Positions 26,501 through 39,894 of a stretch of 64,000 nt of DNA are shown here, piece after piece. Origin of the DNA: Mobula hypostoma (taxonomy: Eukaryota); NCBI RefSeq assembly GCF_963921235.1, contig NC_086109.1, positions 186,001-250,000 on the forward strand, given 5' to 3'. The notes under the pieces were generated by a model. It ran no database searches. It saw only the letters and a program-made list of their open reading frames with translations, and had not been told where the DNA came from. The stretch's first letter is position 1. Each line of letters begins with the position of its first letter. The translations under genes and the position numbers were made by a program.

Positions 26501-29500
26501 CCGGTCAGTGTACAGATATCCCCCTGAGAGAGAGGGAATGAGAGACACCGGTCAGTGTACAGATATCCCCCTGAGAAAGAGGGACTGAGAGATACTGGTA
26601 GGTGTACAGATATCCCCTGAGAGAGATGCACTGAGAGACACCGGTCAGTGTACAGATATCCCCTGAGAGAGAGGGACTGAGAGACACCGGTCAGTGTACA
26701 GATATCCCCTGAGAGACACTAGTCAGTGTACAGATATCCCCTGAGAGAGAGGGACTGAGAGACACTGGTCGGTGTAGAGCTATCCGCTGAGAGAGAGGGA
26801 CTGAGAGATACTGGTCAGGGTACAGATATCCGCTGAGAGAGAGGGACTGAGAGACACTGGTTTGTGTACAGATATCCCCCTGAGAGAGAGGGACTGAGAG
26901 ACACCGGTCAGTGTACAGATATCCCCTGAGAGAGAGGGAATGAGAGACACTGGTCAGTGTGCAGATATCTCCTGAGAGAAAGGGACTGAGAGACACTGGT
27001 CAGTGTATAGATATCCCCCTGAGAGAGAGGGACTGAGAGACACTGGTCAGTGTACAGATATCCCCCTGAGAGAGAGGGACTGAGAGACACCGGTCAGTGT
27101 ACAGATATCCCGCTGAGAGAGAGGGACTGAGAGACACTGGTCAGTGTACAGATATACCCCTGACAGAGAGGGACTGAGAGACACCGGTCAGTGTACAGAT
27201 ATCCCCTGAGAGAGAGGGACTGAGAGATACTGGTAGGTGTACAGATATCCCCTGAGAGAGAGGGACTGAGAGACACCGGTCACTGTACAGATATCCCCCT
27301 GAGAGAGAAGAACTGAGAGATACTGGTCAGTGTTCAGATACCCCCTGAGAGAGAGGGACTGAGAGACACCGGTCGGTGTACAGATATCCCCTGAGAGAGA
27401 GGGACTGAGAGATACTGGTCAGTGTATAGATATCCCCTAAGAGAGAGGGACTGAGAGACACTGGTCAGTGTACAGATATCCCCCTGAGAGAGAAGGACTG
27501 AGAGACACCGGTCAGTGTACAGATATCCCCCTGAGAGAGGGACTGAGAGACACCGGTCGGTGTACAGATATCCCCTGAGAGAGAGGGACTGAGAGGGACC
27601 AGTCAGTGTACAGATATCCCCTGAGAGAGAGGGACTGAGAGATACTGGTCAGTGTACAGATATCCCCAGAGATAGAGGGACTGAGAGACACTGGTCAGTG
27701 TACAGATATCCCCCTGAGAGAGAGAGACTGAGAGACACCGGTCAGTGTACAGATATCTCCTGAGAGAGAGGGACTGAGAGATACTGGTCAGTGTATAGAT
27801 ATCCACTAAGAGAGAGGGACTGAGAGACACTGGTCAGTGTACAGATATCCCCCTGAGAGAGAGGGACTGAGAGACACCGGTCAGTGTACAGATATCCCCC
27901 TGAGAGAGGGACTGAGAGACACTGGTCAGAGTACAGATATCCCCCTGAGAGAGAGGGACTGAGAGACACTGGTCAGTGTACAGATATCCCCTGAGAGAGA
28001 GGGACTGAGAGACACTGGTAAGTGTACAGATATACCCCTGAGAGAGAGGGACTGAGATACACTGGTCAGTGTACAGATATACCCCTGAGAGAGAGGGACT
28101 GAGAGACACCGGTCAGTGTACAGATATCCCCTGAGAGAGAGGAAATGAGAGATACTGGTAGGTGTACAGATATCCCCTGAGAGAGAGGGACTGAGAGACA
28201 CCGGTCAGTGTACAGATATCCCCTGAGAGACACTAGTCAGTGTACAGATATCCCCTGAGAGAGAGGGACTGAGAGACACTGGTCGGTGTAGAGCTATCCC
28301 CTGAGAGAGAGGGACTGAGAGATACTGGTCAGTGTACAGATATCCGCTGAGAGACAGGGACTGAAAGACACCAGTCAGTGTAAAGATATCACCCTGAGAG
28401 AGAGGGACTGAGAGACACTGGTCAGTGTACAGATATTCCCCTGAGAGAGAGGGACTGAGAGACACCGGTCAGTGTACAGATATCCCCTGAGAGAGAGGAA
28501 ATGAGAGATACTGGTAGGTGTACAGATATCCCCTGAGAGAGAGGGACTGAGAGACACCGGTCAGTGTACAGATATCCCCTGAGAGACACTAGTCAGTGTA
28601 CAGATATCCCCTGAGAGAGAGGGACTGAGAGACACTGGTCGGTGTAGAGCTATCCCCTGAGAGAGAGGGACTGAGAGATACTGGTCAGTGTACAGATATC
28701 CGCTGAGAGACAGGGACTGAAAGACACCAGTCAGTGTAAAGATATCACCCTGAGAGAGAGGGACTGAGAGACACTGGTCAGTGTACAGATATTCCCCTGA
28801 GAGAGAGGGACTGAGAGACACCGGTCAGTGTACAGATATCCCCTGAGAGAGAGGAAATGAGAGACACTGGTCAGTGTGCAGATATCCACTGAGAGAAAGG
28901 GACTGAGAGACACCGGTCAGTGTACAGATATCCCCTGAGAGAGAGGGACAGAGAGACAGCGGTCAGTGTATAGATATCCCCTGATAGAGAGGGACTGAGA
29001 GACACTGGTCAGTGTACAGATATCCCCCTGAGAGAGAGGGACTGAGAGACACCGGTCAGTGTACAGATATCCCCTGAGAGAGAGGGACTGAGAGATACTG
29101 GTCAGTGTACAGATATCCCCAGAGATAGAGGGACTGAGAGACACTGGTCAGTGTACAGATATCCCCCTGAGAGAGAGAGACTGAGAGACACCGGTCAGTG
29201 TACAGATATCTCCTGAGAGAGAGGGACTGAGAGATACTGCTCAGTGTATAGATATCACCTAAGAGAGAGGGACTGAGAGACACTGGTCAGTGTACAGATA
29301 TCCCCCTGAGAGAGAGGGACTGAGAGACACCGGTCAGTGTACAGATATCCCCCTGAGAGAGGGACTGAGAGACACTGGTCAGAGTACAGATATCTCCCTG
29401 AGAGAGAGGGACTGAGAGACACTGGTCAGTGTACAGATATCCCCTGAGAGAGAGGGACTGAGAGACACTGGTAAGTGTACAGATATACCCCTGAGAGAGA

Positions 29501-32500
29501 GGGACTGAGAGACACCGGTCAGTGTACAGATATCCCCTGAGAGAGAGTGACTGAGAGACACCGGTCGGTGTACAGATATCCCCTGAGAGAGAGGGACTGA
29601 GAGGCACCAGTCAGTGTACTGATATCCCCTGAGAGAGAGGGACTGAGAGATACTGGTCAGTGTACAGATATCCCCTGAGAGAGAGGGACTGAGATACACT
29701 GGTCAGTGTACAGATATCCCCTGAGAGAGAGGGACTGAGAGACACCGGTCGGTGTACAGATATCCCCTCAGAGAGAGGGACTGAGAGGCACCAGTCAGTG
29801 TACTGATATCCCCTGAGAGAGAGGGACTGAGAGATACTGGTCAGTGTACAGATATCCCCAGAGATAGAGGGACTGAGAGACACTGGTCAGTGTACAGATA
29901 TCCCCTGAGAGAGAGGGACTGAGAGACACTGGTCAGTGTACAGATATCCCCCTGAGAGAGAGGGACTGAGAGACACCGGTCAGTGTACAGATATCCCCTG
30001 AGAGAGAGGGACTGAGAGATACTGGTCAGTGTATAGATATCCCCTAAGAGAGAGGGACTGAGAGACACTGGTCAGTGTACAGATATCCCCCTGAGAGAGA
30101 GGGACTGAGAGACACCGGTCAGTGTACAGATATCCCCCTGAGAGAGGGACTGAGAGACACCGGTCGGTGTACAGATATCCCCTGAGAGAGAGGGACTGAG
30201 AGGCACCAGTCAGTGTACAGATATCCCCTGAGAGAGAGGGACTGAGAGATACTGGTCAGTGTACAGATATCCCCTGAGATAGAGGGATTGAGAGACACTG
30301 GTCAGTGTACAGATATCCCCCTGAGAGAGAGAGACTGAGAGACACCGGTCAGTGTACAGATATACCCCTGACAGAGAGGGACTGAGAGACACCGGTCAGT
30401 GTACAGATATCCCGCTGAGAGAGAGGGACTGAGAGACACTGGTCAGTGTACAGATATACCCCTGACAGAGAGGGACTGAGAGACACCGGTCAGTGTACAG
30501 ATATCCCCTGAGAGAGAGGGACTGAGAGATACTGGTAGGTGTACAGATATCCCCTGAGAGAGAGGGACTGAGAGACACCGGTCACTGTACAGATATCCCC
30601 CTGAGAGAGAAGAACTGAGAGATACTGGTCAGTGTACAGATACCCCCTGAGAGAGAGGGACTGAGAGACACTGGTCAGTGTACAGATATCCCCCTGAGAG
30701 AGAAGGACTGAGAGACACCGGTCAGTGTACAGATATCCCCCTGAGAGAGGGACTGAGAGACACCGGTCGGTGTACAGATATCCCCTGAGAGAGAGGGACT
30801 GAGAGGGACCAGTCAGTGTACAGATATCCCCTGAGAGAGAGGGACTGAGAGATACTGGTCAGTGTACAGATATCCCCAGAGATAGAGGGACTGAGAGACA
30901 CTGGTCAGTGTACAGATATCCCCCTGAGAGAGAGAGACTGAGAGACACCGGTCAGTGTACAGATATCTCCTGAGAGAGAGGGACTGAGAGATACTGGTCA
31001 GTGTATAGATATCCCCTAAGAGAGAGGGACTGAGAGACACTGGTCAGTGTACAGATATCCCCCTGAGAGAGAGGGACTGAGAGACACCGGTCAGTGTACA
31101 GATATCCCCCTGAGAGAGGGGGACTGAGAGACACTGGTAAGTGTACAGATATACCCCTGAGAGAGAGGGACTGAGATACACTGGTCAGTGTACAGATATA
31201 CCCCTGACAGAGAGGGACTGAGAGACACCGGTCAGTGTACAGATATCCCCTGAGAGAGAGGGACTGAGAGATACTGGTAGGTGTACAGATATCCCCTGAG
31301 AGAGAGGGACTGAGAGACACCGGTCAGTGTGCAGATATCCCCTGAGAGACACTAGTCAGTGTACAGATATCCCCTGAGAGAGAGGGACTGAGAGACACTG
31401 GTCGGTGTAGAGCTATCCCCTGAGAGAGAGGGACTGAGAGATACTGGTCAGTGTACAGATATCCGCTGAGAGACAGGGACTGAAAGACACCAGTCAGTGT
31501 AAAGATATCACCCTGAGAGAGAGGGACTGAGAGACACTGGTCAGTGTACAGATATTCCCCTGAGAGAGAGGGACTGAGAGACACCGGTCAGTGTACAGAT
31601 ATCCCCTGAGAGAGAGGAAATGAGAGATACTGGTAGGTGTACAGATATCCCCTGAGAGAGAGGGACTGAGAGACACCGGTCAGTGTACAGATATCCCCTG
31701 AGAGACACTAGTCAGTGTACAGATATCCCCTGAGAGAGAGGGACTGAGAGACACTGGTCGGTGTAGAGCTATCCCCTGAGAGAGAGGGACTGAGAGATAC
31801 TGGTCAGTGTACAGATATCCGCTGAGAGACAGGGACTGAAAGACACCAGTCAGTGTAAAGATATCACCCTGAGAGAGAGGGACTGAGAGACACTGGTCAG
31901 TGTACAGATATTCCCCTGAGAGAGAGGGACTGAGAGACACCGGTCAGTGTACAGATATCCCCTGAGAGAGAGGAAATGAGAGACACTGGTCAGTGTGCAG
32001 ATATCCACTGAGAGAAAGGGACTGAGAGACACTGGTCAGTGTACAGATATCCCCCTGAGAGAGAGGGACTGAGAGACACCGGTCAGTGTACAGATATCCC
32101 CTGAGAGAGAGGGACAGAGAGACAGCGGTCAGTGTATAGATATCCCCTGATAGAGAGGGACTGAGAGACACTGGTCAGTGTACAGATATCCCCCTGAGAG
32201 AGAGGGACTGAGAGACACCGGTCAGTGTACAGATATCCCCTGAGAGAGAGGGACTGAGAGATACTGGTCAGTGTACAGATATCCCCAGAGATAGAGGGAC
32301 TGAGAGACACTGGTCAGTGTACAGATATCCCCCTGAGAGAGAGAGACTGAGAGACACCGGTCAGTGTACAGATATCTCCTGAGAGAGAGGGACTGAGAGA
32401 TACTGGTCAGTGTATAGATATCACCTAAGAGAGAGGGACTGAGAGACACTGGTCAGTGTACAGATATCCCCCTGAGAGAGAGGGACTGAGAGACACCGGT

Positions 32501-33772
32501 CAGTGTACAGATATCCCCCTGAGAGAGGGACTGAGAGACACTGGTCAGAGTACAGATATCTCCCTGAGAGAGAGGGACTGAGAGACACTGGTCAGTGTAC
32601 AGATATCCCCTGAGAGAGAGGGACTGAGAGACACTGGTAAGTGTACAGATATACCCCTGAGAGAGAGGGACTGAGAGACACCGGTCAGTGTACAGATATC
32701 CCCTGAGAGAGAGTGACTGAGAGACACCGGTCGGTGTACAGATATCCCCTGAGAGAGAGGGACTGAGAGGCACCAGTCAGTGTACTGATATCCCCTGAGA
32801 GAGAGGGACTGAGAGATACTGGTCAGTGTACAGATATCCCCTGAGAGAGAGGGACTGAGATACACTGGTCAGTGTACAGATATCCCCTGAGAGAGAGGGA
32901 CTGAGAGACACCGGTCGGTGTACAGATATCCCCTCAGAGAGAGGGACTGAGAGGCACCAGTCAGTGTACTGATATCCCCTGAGAGAGAGGGACTGAGAGA
33001 TACTGGTCAGTGTACAGATATCCCCAGAGATAGAGGGACTGAGAGATACTGGTCAGTGTATAGATATCCCCTAAGAGAGAGGGACTGAGAGACACTGGTC
33101 AGTGTACAGATATCCCCCTGAGAGAGAGGGACTGAGAGACACCGGTCAGTGTACAGATATCCCCCTGAGAGAGGGACTGAGAGACACCGGTCGGTGTACA
33201 GATATCCCCTGAGAGAGAGGGACTGAGAGGCACCAGTCAGTGTACAGATATCCCCTGAGAGAGAGGGACTGAGAGATACTGGTCAGTGTACAGATATCCC
33301 CAGAGATAGAGGGACTGAGAGACACTGGTCAGTGTACAGATATCCCCCTGAGAGAGAGAGACTGAGAGACACCGGTCAGTGTACAGATATCCCCTGAGAG
33401 AGAGGGACTGAGAGATACTGGTCAGTGTATAGATATCCCCTAAGAGAGAGGGACTGAGAGACACTGGTCGGTGTACAGATATCCCCCTGAGAGAGAGGGA
33501 CTGAGAGACACTGGTCAGTGTACAGATATCCCCTGAGAGAGAGGGACTGAGAGACACTGGTAAGTGTACAGATATCCCCCTGAGAGAGAGGGACTGAGAG
33601 ACACCGGTCAGCGTACAGATATCCCCTGAGAGAGAGGGACTGAGAGACACCGGTCAGTGTACAGATATCCCCTGAGAGAGAGGGACTGAGAGACACCGGT
33701 CAGTGTACAGATATCCCCCTGAGAGAGAGGGACTGAGAGACACTGGTCAGTGTACAGATATCACCTGAGAGA
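11545..33772. repeat. 46/47-bp satellite array, ~22 kb (~480 monomers), with higher-order repeats
   Basis: Consensus ggtcagtgtacagatatcccc(c)tgagagagagggactgagagacac(c/t). Variant monomers recur in fixed order at offsets including 356, 2864, 3259, 3614, 7136 and 10750 bp. Confidence 0.98.
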
Positions 33773-33953
33773 TGGACCGAGATGCTGGTGCAGAATTTAT
33801 TGGAAACATACAAGTTGAACAGCATCTGTGGTGAGAGATAATGAGTCATATTAAGGTTCAAGGACGGAGGAACTGGGAGAGTTATACAAAGAGGTAGCTA
33901 GACTATTTGGTGAGTTGGTACAGAGACAGGCAGGGGACACACAGTGGGCCCAC

Positions 33954-34110
33954 CTTGTTCACAACGACCATCGTGCAGCTTTTGATACCAGTCCCAGCTA
34001 TACACTCCGCATATTCCCCGAGATTCCACCCACCAACCGCACTCTCGGGCACAGTCTGTGGTTGCTGATTCAGCCACTGTCCTGCACGTATTGGGCTGGG
34101 TGGGGAATAC
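33954..34110 (-). CDS. Candidate exon 4 (YSPPSPIRAGQWLNQQPQTVPESAVGGWNLGEYAECIAGTGIKSCTMVVVNK)
   Basis: Pyrimidine tract ccttttatcttctccc, then AG at 34124-34123 or 34112-34111 (both in frame). Donor AAG|GTGGGC. 157 bp, phase 2 to 0. Confidence 0.6.
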
Positions 34111-34255
34111 CTGCACCATGGGCTCAGTGGGAGAAGATAAAAGGTCCAGACAGACAGCACCTGAGCCGTTGTCTGGAAGGTGGGCAGCGGGAGCGTTACT
34201 CTCTACTTCCCGCAACGTCCCGTGTGGCATGTTGAAGCTGTGCTGGAACACTTAC

Positions 34256-34314
34256 CTATCAGTGAAGACAGGGCAGATCGAGAGATCGTGAATACTCAGC
34301 TGGTCAGGTCGCAT
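34256..34314 (-). CDS. Candidate exon 3 (MRPDQLSIHDLSICPVFTD-R)
   Basis: Strong acceptor ctctctcatttctccacAG| and consensus donor AG|GTAAGT. Only one of three frames is open. A 145-bp intron leads to the next exon, in phase. Confidence 0.7.
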
Positions 34315-34329
34315 CTGTGGAGAAATGAG

Positions 34330-36590
34330 AGAGCCAGAGGGTGGGGCGGAGAGAGGGTAGAGACAGGGCAGAGGGTAATGAGGGAAGAGAACATAGAGTG
34401 GGGAGGGAGAGGGGAGAAGGGGGAAGGAATGATGGGAATTGGGGGGATGAGGAGTAAGAGAGGGGCAGAGGGGGAGAGAGAGCAAAAGGTGGAAGAGAGG
34501 GGAGGGGGGAAGGGGGAAGGGGAAGAGGGGAGGGGGAAGAGGGGAGGGGGAAGAGGGAGGGAAGAGGGGAGGGGGGAAGAGGGAGGGAAGAGGGGAGGGG
34601 GGAAGAGAGGGGAGGAGGGGGAAGAGGGGGGAAGAGGGGAGGGGGTAGAGGGGAGGAGGTGGGAAGAGAGGAGGGAGGAGAGGTAGGTGGAAATAGGGGA
34701 GGGGGAAATGGGGGATGGGAGGAGGGGAGGAAAGGGAAAGGAAGGAGGGGAAAGGGGAAGGGGAGGAGGGGAAGGGGAAGGGGAGGAGGGGAAGGGGAAG
34801 GGGAAGAGAGGAAGGGGAGGAGGGGGAAAGGGGAAGGGGAGGAGGGGGAAAGGGGGAGCGGGAGGAGTGGGGAGGAGGGGAAGGGAAAAGGGGGAGGCGG
34901 AGGAGTGGGGAGGATGGGGAGGAGGGGAGGGGACGAAGGGGCAGGTGGGAAGAGGGGAGGGGAAAATTGTGGAGGAAAGGGGAGGGGAGGAAGGAGGGAA
35001 GGAGCAGAGGAAAGGGAGGGAAAGGAGGGAGAAGGAGGGGAGGGAGTGGGAGGAGGGAGGATGTGGAGGAAGGGGGAGGTGGGAAGAGGGGAGGAGAAGA
35101 GAGGAGGAGGGGTGGAGGAAGAGGGAGATGGGAAGAGGAGAGGAGGGGGTAAGGGAAGGAAGGGGGAGTAAGGGGGAGGAGGGGGAGTAAGGAAGGGGGA
35201 GTAAGGGGAAGGGGGAGGGGCAAGGGGGAGGGGGAAGAGGGAGGGGGAGGACGGGGGAGGGGAGGAGGGGGAAGAGGAGGAGGGGGTAGGAGGGGGAAGG
35301 GGAGGGGGAGGGGAGGAGGGGGTAGGAGGGGGAAGGGGAGGGGGGAGGAGGGGGAAGGGGAGGAGGGGAGGGGGAAGGGGGGAGGGGGAAGGGGAGGAGG
35401 GGAGGGGAGGGGGAGGAGGGAAGAAGGAGGATGTGGAGGAAGGGAGAGTTGGGAAGAGGGGAGGAGAAGAGAGGAGGAGGGGGTGGAGGAAGAGGAGAGG
35501 ATGGGAGGAGGAAGAGGAGAGGATGGGAGGAGGAGGAAGAGGAGAGGATGGGAGGAGGAGGATGGGGAGGGGAGGAACGGGAGGAGGGTGTAGGAAGGGG
35601 GTGGAGGGGTAAGGGTAGGAGGGCGAGGGGAGGAAGGGGAAGGGGGTGGAGGGGTAAGGAGAGGAGGGGGAGGGGAGAAAGGGGAAGGGGAGGAGGGAGG
35701 AGGGGTAAGTGGAGGGGGAAGGGGAGGAGGGGGAAGGGGAGGAAGGGAAAAGGAGGGGGAGGGGAGGAGGGGGAAGAGGAGGGGAGAGGAGGAGGAGGGG
35801 GAGGGGAGGAGGGGGAAGAGGAGGGGAGGAGGGGAGGAGAGGGAGGGGAGGGGGGGAAGAGCAGGGGGAAGAGGAGGGGGAAGAGGAGGGGAGTGGTGAG
35901 GAGGAGGGTGGTGAGGAGGAGGAAGAGGGAGGAGGGGAAGAGGGAGGAGGGGGAAAAGGGAGGAGTGGGGAGGAAGGGGGAGGTGGGGAGAGGGGAGGAA
36001 AGAGGAGGGAGAGGGAGTGGGAGGAGGGAGGAGAGAGGAGAGGAGGGGAGGAAGGAAGAGGAGAGGAGGGGAGGAAGGGGGAGGGGTTAAGAGGGTGGAG
36101 GGGGAAGAGGGAGGGGGAGGGGGAAGAGGGAGGGGGAGGGGGAAGAGAGGGGGAGGAGGAAGAGGAAGGGGGAGGAGGAAGAGCGAGGGGGAGGAGGAAG
36201 AGGGAGGGGGAGGAGGAAGAGGGAGGGGGAGGGGAGGAGTTGGGAGGGGGAGGGGAGGAGTTGGGAAGAGGAGAGGAGGTGGGAAGAGGGGAGGGGGATG
36301 AAGAAGAAGAGAGAGGAGGAGAAGGAAGGGGAAGGGGGAGGTAGTGGAGGAGGGAGTGGGGGTGGGGGAAGAATGGGAAGAGGGAGGGGGAGGAGGGAAG
36401 AATGGGGAGGGGGAAGAGGTGGGAGGGGAATGAGGGGTGAGGAGGAGGTGGAAGAGTGAGGTGGAGGGGGAGGGGAGGGAGAGGGGAGAGGAAGAGGAGT
36501 TGGGAAGAGAGGGAGGGAAAGGGGAAGAGAGGGGAGGGGGAAGAGATAGGGAAGAGAAGGTGGAGAGGGGAAGAAGAGGGAGGGGTTTCA
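34330..36590. repeat. Polypurine (G/A) low-complexity tract
   Basis: ~2.2 kb composed almost only of G and A, with dense G3-G7 runs. Confidence 0.95.
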
Positions 36591-37289
36591 GAGATGGAGA
36601 TCAAGTTGCAGACTGAATGGGGGGAGATTACTCAGGCCATAGCTGCAAGATCTTGGAGATTCACTGACTCAGGAACTGTGGAGGCAGGGTCACCGAATCG
36701 CGAGACAGGCCGGGTAGGGTGGGCCGGGGATGGGATTTGAGCAGTGGGAGACCGACTTTCGATCGACTGGTATGGCATGAAGAGGCCCAGCGGCCTTCTG
36801 GTCCCAGTGCCAGGTCTTCTGCTACAGTATCTGTGTATCAGTGGTCTCACACAGATCTTGTGTGCACCTCTCTGCCTGTGTGACCAATGTATCCTCCATG
36901 GGACTGTCCTGTCCTGCAACTCTCTCCACTCAATTGACTACTCACTGAACTCAGAGAGAACTGAACTATTTCAGCACAGAGCTGGCCATTGCGGACGAGG
37001 GGTTGTCTGCACCGCGGATGAGGGGTTTTCTACACCTAGACCAATGCTCTTGTACCCAAGTATCCCATAAGCCCTTTTCACCTACATGGACACTTACAGA
37101 GATCCTCTGACTTGTAGCTGAAGGTGCTGCTGTTGTTCAACACTGCCTTGGTACCTTCTATTCAATATAAAAGTAGCACCCTCATTAAATTCCACCTTCC
37201 ATTCCTCCAGCAACATCAACCAATCATCTTACTCTTAAGCCTTGGCTATCATCCTCACTATCAACACCACCATCAATGTTGGTGATTTG

Positions 37290-37640
37290 GTAAACTATTG
37301 TGACGTACTGAGTACAGTGAAAAACTGTGCTTTCCATGTCGTCTGTGCAACTCATGTTATGTCACATCAGTGCATTGAGGGAAATCAGTAACGTAATGCA
37401 GAATCAAGTCTTTTGAGTAGACAACAATGTGCAAGTCTGGATTATTTGTGAGGTCAGTTCATCTTATTGTACTAAGGGGCAAGACCCTTCAATAATGGGG
37501 TAGAAGCTATCCTTGAATTGGCGATAGTGTTTTTAGACTTGTGTATCTTCTGCCTGATGGGAGAAAGGAGAAGGGAGAATGTCTGGGGTGGGTGGTGTCT
37601 TTGATTATGTTGGCGCAGTACCGAGGCAGTGAGAGGTGGA
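37290..37640 (-). mobile_element. Rex1/Babar-like LINE 3' relic
   Basis: Antisense of the recurrent 'HP...FSLLPSGR' segment also seen at ~44470, 52990, 62150 and 62630. Confidence 0.5.
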
Positions 37641-37719
37641 GAGAGAGTCCATTTCATTTACTGATTAGACAGCTAAAGCTTTAATGTACATAACAAACAA
37701 GCAAGTTCCAGCACCTGTG

Positions 37720-38100
37720 CTTTAACATGGTTACATTCCAACAGCCCTCCCTCCTCTTGCCCAGACAACTTTGGATTCAGTTTGCTAACTTGACCTATGT
37801 ACCCTAGGCCCTAACCTGATGAACCAGTCTTCCAGCTGGGAACTAGTTGAAGGCCTTACTGAACACCAGGTAAACCACATCAGCCACACCTGATTCCTAG
37901 CTTGTGCCTGCCGCTTGCCTTGAGCAAAGAAGAGGCACCACATTTGCTGCCCTCCTGCACCTGTACCTCACCTGCAGCCAGTGAATATCTCCATCAGAGC
38001 CTGAGCAGCCTCCTCCCCTCCCTCTCACAGCAGCCTGGGACACACCTCACCCAGCCCTGGGGATGATTTTCACCACGACATCTGATACCCCCTTTGTTTT
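37720..38100 (-). mobile_element. Degenerate CR1 relic
   Basis: Reverse-strand similarity to CR1 RT (gaaggccttactgaa..ccaggtaaaccacatc; ccagccctggggat). Confidence 0.4.
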
Positions 38101-38339
38101 AACAAAAACACATTCTTGAATTTCAGCCTCCCTGAACTCTGCCTTTCCCAACTCCTTGTCCTTGGTGAACTCAAAAGTATTTGTTTATGACGTCACCCAC
38201 GAATTGCCCTGTGGTCTCTGTCACACACCCCCTCTCTCACCAACCCCCCCACACACACCTTGTCCATCCCTCCCTCACTCACCTTCACCACCACTTCCCA
38301 CCCTCACCATTACCGCCTCGCATCTCTCCCCTACCCCGT

Positions 38340-38945
38340 GAGGTCTGGACATCCCCTTCTCTTTATCGACTCCATCACCTCTAGTCTAATGATGAGACTT
38401 TCACACAGCTGACCCGGAAATCTCCTCCTCAACAGTCACACTCCCTCCACCAGAGAGGGCAGGCTCCTGCACGCCGCACATCTGCACCCAGTCAGGGCAA
38501 GAACAACAGTTCCCCTGGTTCTCACCTCCCAACACCCATCTTTCACAATGAGTTTCTCCACCAGAAACATCTTCCCCTCCCATCTCCTTTCAGCCGTCCA
38601 CAGGGACTCCCTGGACCACTCCCCTTCCCCGGTAACCACAGGAGGGCAACACCTGACCTTTCACCTCCATTCAGGGATGAAACGTCCTGTCAGGTGAAGA
38701 AGTGATTCAGTCAGTCCCAGTCAGCCGGCTGGGTGTTCACACTGTGCTCCTCTCCACACTGGAGAAACCAGGCACAAACTTGGGGAGTGATCACTCTGAG
38801 CTCCCTAATTCCCACTCCCACCTCTCTGTTTGTTATCTCCTGCACTGGTACAACCAGTCCAACACAGCCTCAAGGACCAACCCCTCATCCTCCACCCCGA
38901 CCAGCAGCAGACTGAGAGATTTGATCTCACCCTCGAACTCAAGGT
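38340..38945 (+). mobile_element. Degenerate Penelope-like relic (RT end to GIY-YIG)
   Basis: Collinear with the 3.3-4.6 kb element, e.g. ctctccacactggagaaaccaggcacaaacttggg vs ttatatattggcgagacccgacgcagactggg. Confidence 0.6.
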
Positions 38946-39409
38946 AAATTGCTCTTTGATTCTATCAGAATCAGCTACTTCTGCCTGTCATCACTTTGGC
39001 TCAGCTTTTCACTCCTCATCAGTGGAGTCTGACCCACTGGGGACGTCCCGAGCCCCTGATTAATGACACGTAGTGTTCGGGACCTTTGGCCACAGTGGAA
39101 ATGTCAAATACCAGGGATATAGCTTACGGCAGAGAAGGGTAAGCTTACAGGAAATAATTTTACATAGAGAGTAGTGGGTGCCTGAACGTGGTGGAATCAG
39201 ATACAATGATGATGTTAATGGAGCTTTGAACAGAAAGGGAATGGGAAGATGTGGATTACATTCAGAAGGGTTTTAAGTTAGTGCTGTGATGGTCCGGAGC
39301 ACCTGTTCCTCTGCCGTTCTCAGTTCTGTGGCCGTGCTGAGTATTTCCTTTTGGTTTCAGACTGCGACATCTCCTCTTTTTGTTTCAAATATTGATCATT
39401 GCAGAGTGT

Positions 39410-39635
39410 TGTTAACACACACACACACCTCCCCAATACAGAGACACAGACACATACACATACCCCAACACAGACATACACACACACTCCCTGACACAGA
39501 GACACAGACACACATACACACACTGGCACAGAGACACATACACACTCCCTGACACACAGATACACACGCCCCAACACAGAGACACAGACACACACACACA
39601 CCCTGACACAGACCCACACACACACACACACACAA
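39410..39635. repeat. CA-rich minisatellite
   Basis: Repeated cacagagacacagacacacatacaca units. Confidence 0.85.
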
Positions 39636-39870
39636 CGCAAGGTGTAGAGGAACTCTGCAGGCCAGGCAGCATTTATAGAGAGGAATAAACAGTCGATGTT
39701 TCAGGCCAAGACCCTTCATCAGGACGGGAAAGGGAACGACAGGGGGAGAGGCCAGAATAAGAGGGTGGGGAGGAGGAGGACTGCAAGCTGGCAGCTGACA
39801 GGTGAGACCAGGTGAGGGGGAAGGGTGAGGGGGAAGGGAGAGGTGGAAGAGGTAAAAGGCTGAAGAAGGA
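39636..39870 (-). mobile_element. Penelope terminal-repeat relic with a third hammerhead-like motif (39691-39725)
   Basis: Minus strand GUC-CUGAUGA-AGGGUCUUGGCCU-GAAAC-AUC-GACU; flanks match the PLE arm at 3340-3540. Confidence 0.7.
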
Positions 39871-39894
39871 GCATTGCATGATAAACTACAAGAA

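Noticed and set aside
11545..33772. Satellite as a CRISPR array or a repeat-protein gene (many MSLSPSLSGD... ORFs)
   Set aside because: No unique spacers, no cas genes, eukaryotic context. Units of 46/47 bp shift frame constantly and stops recur.
11545..33772. Hammerhead motif in the satellite monomer (ctgagaga)
   Set aside because: CUGAGAG does not fit CUGANGA, and there is no positioned GAAA with stems.
34252..36604. 766-aa Pro-rich and Gly/Glu/Arg-rich ORFs
   Set aside because: Artefacts of the polypurine tract; several frames on both strands are open.
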